From: a virus
IMG/VR virus record: IMGVR_UViG_3300029365_000529
Location: 14,196-78,195 of that record
DNA: 64,000 nucleotides
Direction: 5' to 3' (one strand)
Positions 27,603 through 38,800 of this stretch are shown piece by piece. The notes beneath the pieces were generated by a model, which had not been told where the DNA came from, did not search any database, and worked only from the letters and a program-made list of their open reading frames with translations. Each line of letters opens with the position of its first letter. Within the stretch, counting starts at the first letter, position 1. The translations under genes and the position numbers were made by a program.

Positions 27603-28553
27603 TTAACCCCAGAATCCTGCATTGTTGGCAGCATTCAAACCATACAAACCTGCCTGATAAGCCACGCAGTTAGGAACCGCAGTAAATGGGCTGTAAGGAG
27701 TGGTTACTGTCTCTGGCAGCTTACACTTGATACCAGCCACCTCGCTCTGCAGACCTGCAAGCACAGCATTGATAGGTGCTACAGCTTGACCAACAATCTG
27801 AGAAGTCATGGCAGAAGACTTGAAGGTACTGTTCTCCTCACGAAGAGAATCAATCTTGTTCTGCATTTCGCGCATCTCAGCCTGCTTCTGACCGTCAACG
27901 ATGGTCTGAGTGCTTTCCTTGATAGCGTTGTGCAAGTCACACGTCTGTCTCTGAGTCTCGTAAGCTACGTTAGAGAAGCCACGCTCCTGACCTACAGCCA
28001 CGTTGTTGATAGCATTCTGTAAGGTACCAGTCTGCTGGCAGATAGCCAGACGGTTCTCGCAGCAGCAGTTTGCAATCTGCTGAGCAATCTGCATGTTACC
28101 CTGCTGCAAAGCATTGATGGTCTGCATGCCACTCATACCTACCTGATTACCTACACTCTGAACCTGAGAAGTCAAAGCAGAAATGGCATTCTGAATCTGA
28201 CCTTCGGTACAGTTGAGCTGAGTAGCCAAATTGCTGAGCGCATTACGATTACCACCGATGGCATCCATCAAGAGGGCACGGCCATTGTCGTTGTTAATCT
28301 CGTTAGCAAGACCGCCACGACCGTTATTGCCGAAGCCACCCCAGCCATTGCCGCCCCAACCCATAAGGAAGAAGAGGAAGATAACCCACATGAACCAACC
28401 ACCTTCACCGCCGAAGCCATTGTTGCCCTTCATAGCGAGAAGCACATTTGGATCTACACCCTGCTTCTGGAGCAGAGGAGCAAGAAGTCCAAGCATTCCG
28501 TTTGAACCTCCGTTTTGGTTTTCACCAAAGATGTATGTCTTAGATTCTGACAT
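27603..28553 (-). CDS. Gly/Asn/Gln-rich protein with one transmembrane segment (316 aa)
   Basis: GGWFMWVIFLFFLMGWGGNGWGGFGNNGRGG, then a Q/N-rich helical region with a CCC triplet. Confidence 0.5.
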   Translation of the reverse strand: MSESKTYIFGENQNGGSNGMLGLLAPLLQKQGVDPNVLLAMKGNNGFGGEGGWFMWVIFLFFLMGWGGNGWGGFGNNGRGGLANEINNDNGRALLMDAIGGNRNALSNLATQLNCTEGQIQNAISALTSQVQSVGNQVGMSGMQTINALQQGNMQIAQQIANCCCENRLAICQQTGTLQNAINNVAVGQERGFSNVAYETQRQTCDLHNAIKESTQTIVDGQKQAEMREMQNKIDSLREENSTFKSSAMTSQIVGQAVAPINAVLAGLQSEVAGIKCKLPETVTTPYSPFTAVPNCVAYQAGLYGLNAANNAGFWG

Positions 28554-28668
28554 AATGAAATAGTTTATTCGTTTCGTTCACTATTGAACTTGGTGCAAAG
28601 TTACGAAGAAGATGAGGCTCTGCCTAACTATGCTCAAAATAAAATTTTCGCCATTCAAGCCTCTGTTC

Positions 28669-28687
28669 CTCAGCATTTTATGCTGAG
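28669..28687. promoter_or_regulatory. perfect palindrome CTCAGCAT-TTT-ATGCTGAG in a divergent intergenic region (operator candidate)
   Basis: 8-bp arms with a 3-nt spacer, about 115 nt upstream of the minus-strand gene start at 28553 and about 120 nt upstream of the + gene at 28808. Confidence 0.4.
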
Positions 28688-28767
28688 TCACCTCCTGCTC
28701 ATTTATTTAGCAATAATCTAAACTGTAAAGAAAACTGCCAGCAACCGATACAACCTATCAATATTTT

Positions 28768-28775
28768 CTGTACTT
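28768..28775 (+). promoter_or_regulatory. -7 promoter box TACTTTTG
   Basis: TAnnTTTG 33 nt upstream of the ATG at 28808; no clean -33 TTTG. Confidence 0.35.
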
Positions 28776-28807
28776 TTGCAGAAAATAACGCTTAACTATT
28801 TTGGATT

Positions 28808-29275
28808 ATGAAGAAATTTTTATTGATGCTGATAGCTGTATTCACTTTGTGCGCTTGCAGTAGTGATAGCTATGATGATGTAAAAAATGAAATCATCTAT
28901 GACGGTAATACTCATCAAATAAATAATGTGGAGATGGATAAAAGCCGTATTTGGTTCTATACCAGCGATGGCTATTGGTTCACTCTCGATAGCGAGAAAA
29001 TCACTGTAGGTAAGAAAATATATCTTATTGCCGATGAGCACTTAGATTCTTCTTTCTCCAAATTCCATGAGCCAGATAGCTACGCAGATATAGTTCATTC
29101 TTGGTGTAACAATGAAGACTATAATAACAAAAGAATAACTAGCGATTCTTATGTCTTGGTCAAGGGAAACAATGATGATAACAGATATTATATAGAGGTA
29201 TTCTTGGATGATGGCGTAAAGTATATTAGAGCCACATATTATGGTACGCCAAAATTAGGTTATATGGGGGATTAA
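28808..29275 (+). CDS. lipoprotein (155 aa)
   Basis: Signal peptide with lipobox FTLCACSSD. Confidence 0.6.
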   Translation: MKKFLLMLIAVFTLCACSSDSYDDVKNEIIYDGNTHQINNVEMDKSRIWFYTSDGYWFTLDSEKITVGKKIYLIADEHLDSSFSKFHEPDSYADIVHSWCNNEDYNNKRITSDSYVLVKGNNDDNRYYIEVFLDDGVKYIRATYYGTPKLGYMGD

Positions 29276-29278
29276 AAT

Positions 29279-29533
29279 ATGGCATATCCTAGAAATCCAA
29301 AACTTGAACAGATAATAATATTCTGTTTTTTAGTTATGTGTTTATTTTCTTTCTGTCCAGCAGGTGAAAACCGATACGTATATATTTGCACAGGTCCAAC
29401 TGCCTATGCTTACCACAAGACGAACAACTGTAAAGGACTGCGCCGATGCACTGGTGAGATAAAGAAGATAAGTATAGAACAAGCGAAGAAAGAAAATCGA
29501 AAGGCTTGTAAGTTATGTTTTAAAAAGAGGTAG
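29279..29533 (+). CDS. small membrane-anchored Cys-rich protein (84 aa)
   Basis: N-terminal hydrophobic helix, then CTGPTAYAYHKTNNCKGLRRCTGE...CKLCF. Confidence 0.45.
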   Translation: MAYPRNPKLEQIIIFCFLVMCLFSFCPAGENRYVYICTGPTAYAYHKTNNCKGLRRCTGEIKKISIEQAKKENRKACKLCFKKR

Positions 29534-29534
29534 T

Positions 29535-29807
29535 ATGAAATATCTAACATTATTGATTTGTATTATATTTATTTCATGTGGACCATCAAAACAAGAACTC
29601 CAAGATGAAATAGAATGTAAGAATGACACAATAGAAAATTTGAAAAGAATAATTAGTAATCAAGGGGATTACATAGAAGAACTTCAAGAAAAACTAGATG
29701 AAATTAAATCTCGTGCAAGCGATATTCAATCATCAATAGATGACGATTATATTGATGATGCTTATGATGCAGCATCTGATATAGAATCTGAAGCTGAGTA
29801 TGATTAA
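29535..29807 (+). CDS. lipoprotein with coiled-coil and acidic tail (90 aa)
   Basis: Lipobox IFISCGPS; C-terminal DDDYIDDAYDAASDIESEAEYD. Confidence 0.5.
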   Translation: MKYLTLLICIIFISCGPSKQELQDEIECKNDTIENLKRIISNQGDYIEELQEKLDEIKSRASDIQSSIDDDYIDDAYDAASDIESEAEYD

Positions 29808-29810
29808 AAA

Positions 29811-29850
29811 GAAAGGAGTGAGCCTTGCGCCCACTCCTTTATTTATTTAT
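29811..29850. terminator. bidirectional terminator shared by the lipoprotein operon and the giant gene
   Basis: Stem GGAGTGAGC/GCCCACTCC (one mismatch) with loop CTTGC, A-run upstream and TTTATTTATTTAT downstream. Confidence 0.6.
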
Positions 29851-32800
29851 TCCAATCTATCCAGTTCATCCACCGCATCCATCATAATCCTGTCAATATT
29901 CTGGTTAGCGAAGTTGATGCTCTCGGTATCTGAAGATTTATCTCTGAGTTTCTTCCATCGCTTCATCTGCTTCTCTGCCAGCTCGATTACTCTCACCTTG
30001 GCAGCCTCCTTGGAGTTTTGGAAGTGATAATACTCCCCGATATTCGTGATTCTCTTGTCAATCGGAACGTTCTTCGATTTCAGGCGGTCCACGTTGGCCA
30101 TGGTCTTTTCCATTTCGTCCTTGTAGTTATACCACTTGCTCTTGGTTCTCTGCAAGCTACTCTGCTCACTAGGCGTATAAAGAAGAGAGCGAAGGAAAGG
30201 AATATCCTTGGTTTCCGTGTCGCTTCCATGCTTGATAACACCGATAGCTCGCTCTGTAAAGGTAGCAGCGCCACCACCTATGCCACCGATGTAATGATTC
30301 AGCATACTAGGGTTCGTTACCATATCCAGGAAACTGTTGCCCAGCATATCCTCATTACCCTTGGCTACATCGTTGGTCTGGGCATTCACCCATTTATTCA
30401 CAGCCAGATAACCGTCAGGCACACCCTTGTAGGCTCTTTGCCAAGCAGGGGAATTTTCATTCCAGTCACCACGTCTTTCAATCGGCGCACCCTTCCAGTC
30501 GGTGTTTAACTCCCATTCCACGAAAGGAGATAGGGCAGAAGGAGAGATAGCCTTGATCGTCTCATTCAATGGCTCCTTGCCAGCCGAAGAGTTACCGAGA
30601 TAGTCCATCACCGGCACAAGCTGCGACATACAGCCCACGGCATCCAAGGCAGGATTCTTCTGTCCGCTTACGTTTGGCGAGAAGGTCAATCCAGCCGCCA
30701 AGTCACCCAAACCATAGAAGGCTCTCAACTCAATGGCAAGCGGAATAGTAACAAACTGACCGCCACCCTTGTAGATGCAGAGATTGTTTCTTCTCACGTA
30801 GTCAGGCAACTCGCCGTATGGGTCCTTCACGCCCTTTCTATCCTTCTCATCCTCACTCGCAATCAGCACATTGTTTCCAAGTGCAGCCAGAGCACCTAGG
30901 GCAAAAGGAATGGCAAGCATATTGATAGAAGTACCCACAGGATGATTCTTCAAGTTCTTCACAAGAAGATTTGTACTTTGAATACCGGCATTAAAGAACA
31001 TAGAACAATGTCTCAGATAGCTAGCCGTAAATCCGTAAGCCCATCTTGCAGCCGCCTTGCCGCCAGTCATTTCTCCGTTCTTGAAACTCTTGATGGCATC
31101 ACCGCTTCCATGGCGGTTGAAGTTGGTAGATACCTCCTTTGCATCATAGACCGAACGGATGATAGAACGGTTACTGTCTCGGCTCGCACAATAGGTAGCG
31201 AATCGGGCGATATTCTCAGCCACCTCGTTGATGTTCGCCAGATTTCCGAAGAAGAAGTCACGAAGGGCAGCGCCGCCCTTGTCAATCTTGCTTCTTTCGC
31301 TCTTCACATCTTTCTTGTACTCCTTGGTCCAGTCCTGCATGTTCTTGATCTGAACCCAACCGGTTTCGCCGCCGTTCTCCATGAACTCCTTGAAATATCG
31401 TTGAACCTTGTCAGAAGTATCAAGTGTTCCGTTACGATACTTGGCAAACAAGCCCAAGCCAGTAGTTCCGCTCAAATCCTTGAAGCTGATATTCGATGCA
31501 CCCTTATACAAGCCCAACTGCGCATAGTACTTCGTCCAGAGCGCACCATATCTTGCACCCTCCTTAGAAGTAACGTTGCTCGATGCAAACTCCGCATCAC
31601 GCATGATGTTTCGCATCACGAACTCAGGGTTATAAGATGTACACAACTGCGCCATCATTCTTGATATAGAACTCAATGGTTTCATGATTCCCTTGGCGCC
31701 CGAGTTCTCCAGCAATCCATTCAGAGCTTGCGCCGCTCTAGGATTTCCGTTGATAATAAAGGTATGGGTCCTTCCGGCAATCTTCACATCTACGATATGC
31801 TGCGATTTATTCTCCGCTCTTTGGAACTTATAGCCGATTCTTCCTCTTCGATACACCTTTGTCGCCAACCCCTTTGATTCCAAATCCTTCATTTCCATAT
31901 TGAAGTCTGCTACTATCTGATTTATTTCATCAGCCGTAGCGTCCTCGGGAATGTCTGGGTAACGCTCCACGGTGGTATGAGTGATAGGGTCATCGGCGTA
32001 CCAAACCCTAGTCTCCGTCACAAGATTATTGTTCGAGTTGTTTCTTACGAATCTTGCAAATGCCTGACGGATAGCGTTCATACCGCCATTCTTGATAGCT
32101 CTGTTACCCATCGCACCAATCTGCGCCAGTACGTTTGTTTCACTCAGATACTTGTGTCCTCTCGCTCTCATAATCGTGCTTCCGATGTAGCTCTTCGGGT
32201 CGCCCTGCTCAGTAATGTAGCCATAAGTATCTTCTGCAGTAGCCTCATCATACTTTCTCAAAGGCACATACCAGTTGAACATATCAGATACATGACCGTA
32301 AAGCTCTCTACTGATAAGACCATTCTTATAGTCAGTATCAATAGAATACTGGGTGGCAGCCTTCACCTTATCCCAATAGTCCTTAACAGACCCCTTCTTG
32401 ATACTCTCCATCTTTGCTTCTGAATCCATCACGCTAGCGATAGCCTCAGCATCATCGTAAGGATCAGAAGACTTAGCCACTTCCTGTATAGCGTGAATAC
32501 CCGAATAGTCATGTTCGCCAGCATCAAACTTATTGTCACTATCCACGTAGGTACGGATGAAATCGTCCATGCGCTCATAATAAGTCTTCAGGTCGATGTC
32601 TCCACGCTCCAATTTCTCGTCAAGGGTAGCTTTCTCGTTGTTCCAATCGAACTCCACAGTATCAGCTAGCTTCTTTGTCTTCTCGTTCATGCGCATATAC
32701 TTCAAGGCATCACGCACATACAAGATACGGTTTCGCTCCAAGCCGTGCTTGGTAATCATGTAGAGATTGAAGTTTCTGATCTTCTCATCATCCTTCTTGC

Positions 32801-35800
32801 CATCGAAAGCATCCAGTACGCCGGCCATGGCCTTATCAAGAGGCTTCATCACGTTGCGCTCAAATATCTGAGCCGCATCACTCATCGCACCCTGCATGGT
32901 GTTCTGCAGTATATAAGGATTCTCAGAAGAAGCAATATCTTCAATCTTCTTGTCAGGCACAATCGCATTCATCAACTTCTTCAACGAAAGCATATTGTCC
33001 ATATAGCTCTCGGTGAACATATAGCCATGTTCATCAAGCGAGCGGTGGTATCTGTCAAGTGCCGTGCCGGCAGATGGGGTAGTGCGGAAGTGAATCTCAC
33101 CATCTGTAGCCTCATTCCACTCAGCCTTGGTAAGATTATCCATACTTCTAACCTTAGCGTCATTTCCGTAGAACATACCATCATGAGCCACGACAGCAGG
33201 CATACGCTCATGGTCGAGACGGTATTTCACCGCCTCGACTCTCATTTTCCAATAAGGATCATTTGGATTCTTCTGCAAGTTCTTGCTCAACCAGAGCAGA
33301 TACTTCACATCTTTAGTATTAGGAGCAATACGATAACCGATTTCGTGAAGGAAATCAGATACCTTATTTTTGATACCATTCCAGAAGCCCGGTTCACCCT
33401 TGCCATCTTCGGCGAGTCGGGCGATACCTTCCTCAATGGCATCATAGATATTCAGAGGATTGAACTTTCTCTCCTCATCCACCAGCTTCTTTAAAGCCGC
33501 ATTCTCAGGCTTATCCAAGTCATACCATACTTCACGAAGGAACTTATCGAATCGTTCATCACCAAACAACTCTCTCATTCCCTTGTGTCCAACTACCTCA
33601 TGCCAGATAGTCTTCTCGGCAGTATATCTGTCGTGGATATTAGGCATATAAAGATGCACCTCGCCAGTCTTTTCATCATACCAGCCGGTAATCTTTCTGC
33701 CATCCTCAATAGCAGCCTTAGCTGCCTTGTTGGTGATTTCATCAACTGATGAAACCATCTTCACCTTGCCACCAGTCTTCTGAGCCACATTTTCGATATG
33801 GCTCTCAACCGATGAAGCAGGGTAGTTGCTTTCTCCATTATCCGTGCGGAATTTAGTGCCTCCGTCCTTGCCCCATTCCTTGTAGGCATCCTTTGTCATT
33901 TTTACGTTGACGAACTTAGCCTGAGGGAACTCCTGTTCCAGTTCAGCCATCTGCTTCAAGAACTTCTCCTTTGTTTCAGGGTTCTGTCTGCCTTGCTCTA
34001 CGGTAGTGATAGGCACACCAAGTTTTACAAGCTCTCTCAACTGGCTAGGGGTAACTACGTTCCAAGGGATAGCCAATCCGGTTCCTCTCAGTTGGTCGGC
34101 GATTTTCTCAGCAACCTCCTCGTCAGGCAATATTCTTACTGCCTTTCTCCATCTAGAGAGCATCACGCTTCTCTGTCTGTCCTTTGGCAGAAGGCTGTTT
34201 ACTGTTCCAGAAGTCCAAGGCACCAAGCCCACAGAGTTCTTTGCGCCCTCGGCGTGATAGCCGCTAGTCTTCTCGCTCTCAGGAATCTCCCATTCAACAA
34301 CCTTGATGTTGCCTCTAGCGTAAGCACCAGAGAACTGGTCGTTCATCACCGAAGTGGAAGTGTGCATGTAAGGGTTATAAGCCGCTGGCACTGGTCCTTC
34401 ACCTGCCCCAGGGTTCTTGTCGGTCTTTACAAGTTGGAACTTACCGTTCTTCACAAGGTCAGGTCGCTCGTCTGCGCCCATCCAAGCACCAATCTCGGTA
34501 GCATCGGTACGCTTTCCGTCAATGATAGCAGCCATAGGGGAGTACAACTTTCCATCCACCTCCTGCATTCCGCTATACATTCTGAAAGTCTTCTCCTTGT
34601 TGAGGCGGTCCAGCTCGTCCTTATCTGTGACCTTATAGGAGAATCCGTCCTGTTCAATCTCATTCATGGAAATATCATCAATGGTTTCATTGAAATCATC
34701 CATGATGTCATTGATAGCCTTATCCATCTTATCCTTCTCAGAAACCTCAAAGAGTTTCTTCCAAGCATCCTTCAAACGTTGCAGGATAGAACGGTCGCCC
34801 TTTCTTGCAAACTCATGTGCTGCATTCACAACTTTATCCCAGATAGACAAGTCCATCGCCTTTCTCTGTCTAGAATCTGCCATCTGAGCAGTCAACTCGT
34901 AAGCATCAGTCAGACCGTAAGGCTCTTCTTTGAAACGTTCCTTATCGCCCTTTACTCTGTCATAGATTTCGAGGATAGTCTTTACGCCCTCTATCTGCTT
35001 AGGAGTCAGCATGCCCTCAGCCTTGCCTTTCTTAACGAGATTGATAGCACCCATTGTTGCCTCATGAATCATTTCATGCAGCATGATGGTAGGGGCAGCA
35101 TAGTCTGGAGCTTTGGTCTTCGTTATACCATCAATGTATAAATCAATGTTTCTGCGAGTGTCCGCTTCTCCCGCCCTCTTGTTTGGATCCTCTGGGCTTA
35201 CTTTGATTCTTACGCCGAGGCGCTTACTTATATTGAGTGCTTTTTCGAAGAGTTCAGCCTTTTCTTTATCTCTATTTGTTTCTTTAAAAATTCGTTCAAC
35301 GTCTCCAAGTGTGAACGTTCCTCCTGGCTGCAATCCCCAAGTCTCTCTGAGATTCTTTGCTCTAGCGTCTCTATAGGCAAGTTCTCTGTCAGCGACGGCG
35401 AGAATGGTCTTATAATATTGCAGTAGATAAGAGCCTTTATTTCCCTTACCGTCATTCTTACCACCAAGATGTCCTCCGGTATGCTGTCCTGATAACTTTT
35501 CAACTTTTCGTTCATAATCATTCTTGTAATATTCAATAACGCTTCTACCAAGATCAGAAAACTCATCCAGAGCAGATTCAAGATTATCAGCAAACAAAGA
35601 TTTATCTCTGTCTTCTGTATGCTCTTCGATGTCCTTAATGGTAGAATCAAACTTCTTTTCAATCTGCGAAGATACATTTTTATCTACATCTTCCGGAATG
35701 ATTCTACTATTCTTAACATCTTTTGTATCTGTTTTAGAATACTGCAAGCCTCGGTCCTCACGGAAGTGGGTGCGTTCATCCTCAGAAGTATTGCGCTCCT

Positions 35801-38800
35801 CCTGTACCTTTACGCCCATCTTAGACAGGCGGTCCAGTACAGGCTTCAACTGATCAGGCTTAAACTCAGCAAGCATATTGTTGCCTCTTGTTTCGAAGTT
35901 ATTGCCATTAACCAGTTTCAGCAAATTTTCATCCATGAAGTACTTGCCGCCCTTCGCCTTGCTCTTCGGCACACGAAGCTCGTAGAAGTTGCCACGATTG
36001 TTGTCTATGCGCTTCACCTTCACTTCACCATCTGATGAAGTAACCTCGTCAATACCACCATGCCATGATGAAAGCTCAAACTTATCTACCACGCTGTTGA
36101 TAGGCGCATCCGTAGTCAAGCCCTTAGGGTCGAATCTATCTGGCATCAAGATACCAGTCTTCACCTCGCCAGTATCTGTAGTATATTTCACCAGCTGACC
36201 GCCCAAGCCCTGATCCTTGCTGTCAACCAAAGCCTGCATCAGATTACCAGTTACAATATAGCCATTCTTGCGGCTCTCATTGCTAGTCAGTCTATCCCAG
36301 TTATCAAAGTTTTGGTTCAATACTCTGAGATGGCTGTCTCCCATACCGGCAGCCTGCTTAGTCATGTTGTCGATGGCACTGATAACATCAGCCTTGTTGT
36401 CACCTGCGCCCACCTTACCCGCGATAGGGAATGTAATCTTTCTTCTGCCATCCAAGGTAGCGAAGGAAACCGAAGAGGCGTTAGGCGAGTAGTTATCAGT
36501 AATCTTGATGTCAATAAGTCTACCATAACTGTTACCGAATCCGCTCAACTCGTTAGGATTGTTCATATCCGTAGGCAGAACGAAAGTCTGGTTTGTATCG
36601 AAGGTATCAAGCACACGCTCAAACATTTCAGCCTTGGCTTTCAGGTTCTTCACCACATCGTTCAGCTTATCTTTCTCCTGCTTGTAGATGTTGTCATACT
36701 GATAGCCAGCCATCTTCTCGATCTGCTCATCGCTCATGCCCGAATCCTTCTGACCCTTCTTGCCATCCTTGATATACTTCTCCTTAGCCTTGGTTGCAGC
36801 CTTCACGGCACGCTCCTCATACTTCTGAGTCTCGTCCGCAATCTTCTGGTCGAAGTACTCCTTCACGGCAGCCTTCTTATCGGTCTTGTATTCATCCCAA
36901 GTCTTGCCGCCAGTCAAACCATCCTGCGAAGCCTTCACCTCAGAAGCCTTCATTGGCTTCTTCAAGATGGCCATGTTCACCTTTTCTATATAGGTGTTGT
37001 CTGCAAAGGCGTTATCGCCGCCCGGCTCTGCACCCTGTTTCCAAACTTCCTTGTGGAGAGTCTTAGCCTTCAAAGGCAACTCAGTAATCTCAAGGTCATT
37101 CTCACCCATTTCGTTGAGTCGCTGAATCTCGTTGGCATAAAGCTCGCCAATCTCCTGCAACATCTTCTCCTGCTCAGAAACTCTCAGCAGAGCCATACGC
37201 CCAAGCAACTTGCTTGCATCGGCACCAGCTTCACCTTCACCAACACCGCCACCGCTAGCAACAAGAGTTTGGGGGTCGATTCTAGACAAATCATCGCCAT
37301 TACTCTTTTCCCATCCGAATGGATCAGCCATGCGTGCATAAAGGTCAAGATGCTCTGCCATATACTCACGAACTACCTTATCACCATATTTATTGGTAAT
37401 ATCGGCAACTTCCATTTCGTTGAACTTACTCTTCTGAGAAGAAGTAGTGTTGGCATCAAGTGACTTCAACTTAGCCTTAAACATCATCAGCAGTCGCTGC
37501 TCGGCAGGGATAAGGGAAACCACATATTCGTATGCACCTCTAGCCACCTGACCGGTTCGGTCGATTCGTCCACGCATCTGAACTTCATCGTTTACGTCAA
37601 GTTGCTGCTGCGCCACGATCATCACACGCTTCTTCTGGTCCTTATACTTGCTCGAAGCATGAAGGGAAATACCGGTTGCTGCACTCTTGTTGAGAATAAG
37701 CGCATCAATCTTACCATCGTTAAAGTCGCGCGCGAGTTTCTTCTTGTCTGTATCTGCACGCTTTACCTTGGTAACAGTTCCGTTGTCGTTATAAACAAAC
37801 TCGGTCTGTCTACCGGTCAGCTCGCCAACCTTATAGCCAGCCTTCTGCAGCTCGTTCTTGATTACATCAATAGGAGAGAGGGAAAGACCGGTACTTGTCT
37901 GCTCAATCTTCTTTTCCAGTTCGTGATAAGCATCAACTGCCTCATCGCCCAAATCCGAAAGCTTGATGTAACCGCTTTCGCTATTATCCTTTGCATCCTT
38001 CTGGGTATAGCGAAGTGTACCTTCAAGACCCTTCTTCAAAGATGTACCCAAGTCTGGTGCGTCCATTTCCTCGCCAAGCGCAAGGTTGCCAGTCTGCGAT
38101 TCGTTGGTATTGTTCAACGCAATCACAGGCTTCATGCCCTGCTTCAAATAGTCGATGGCACGTTCTGCAGCAGACTTTGCTTTTAGGGAAAGAAGAACCT
38201 GCTGAACGGCATTGAATGCCTTGCTGGCAAATGGCTGATTTTTGATACCCAGGGCAGCCGTTCCCTTCTTGATTCCCATGGTAGACTGAATGGCAGCCAA
38301 CTCGTCATTACGCTCATCCACGTAACTTGAAACATATTTCTTTTGGAAATTGATAATATCATTAAACAATCCGATGATGCTATCATACTGTTCTCGCTGC
38401 TCCTGCACTCGCTCTGGATCATCAATAGCCTTCCAGTCGATGGTTACGCCAGTCATATCTCGCTCACGGCGAATCATCTGACCGCATTGCGTCAAGGTCT
38501 GGCTCATAATCTCCTGCAAGGTTGCACCACCACGCTTCACCGCATCAATCAAATCGGATGATTTCATACCGCCCTCGTTCATGGCAGTACGCAAAGCGTA
38601 GATAGGCATGTTGTCTGGTCTCTTGGCAAAGGTAGCCGAGAAGAAGGTAACATTCTTTGCCTTCTGAATAATGTGTTGGAAATAGTTGCCCTGTCCGCTA
38701 TTGCCACCAGCCGTGTGGCTTTCGTCAAGGATAAGATAGGCGTTACCCATCAGTTTTTCAATAGCATCACGTCTTTTCTGTCCGCTCAGAGCAGCAGCAC

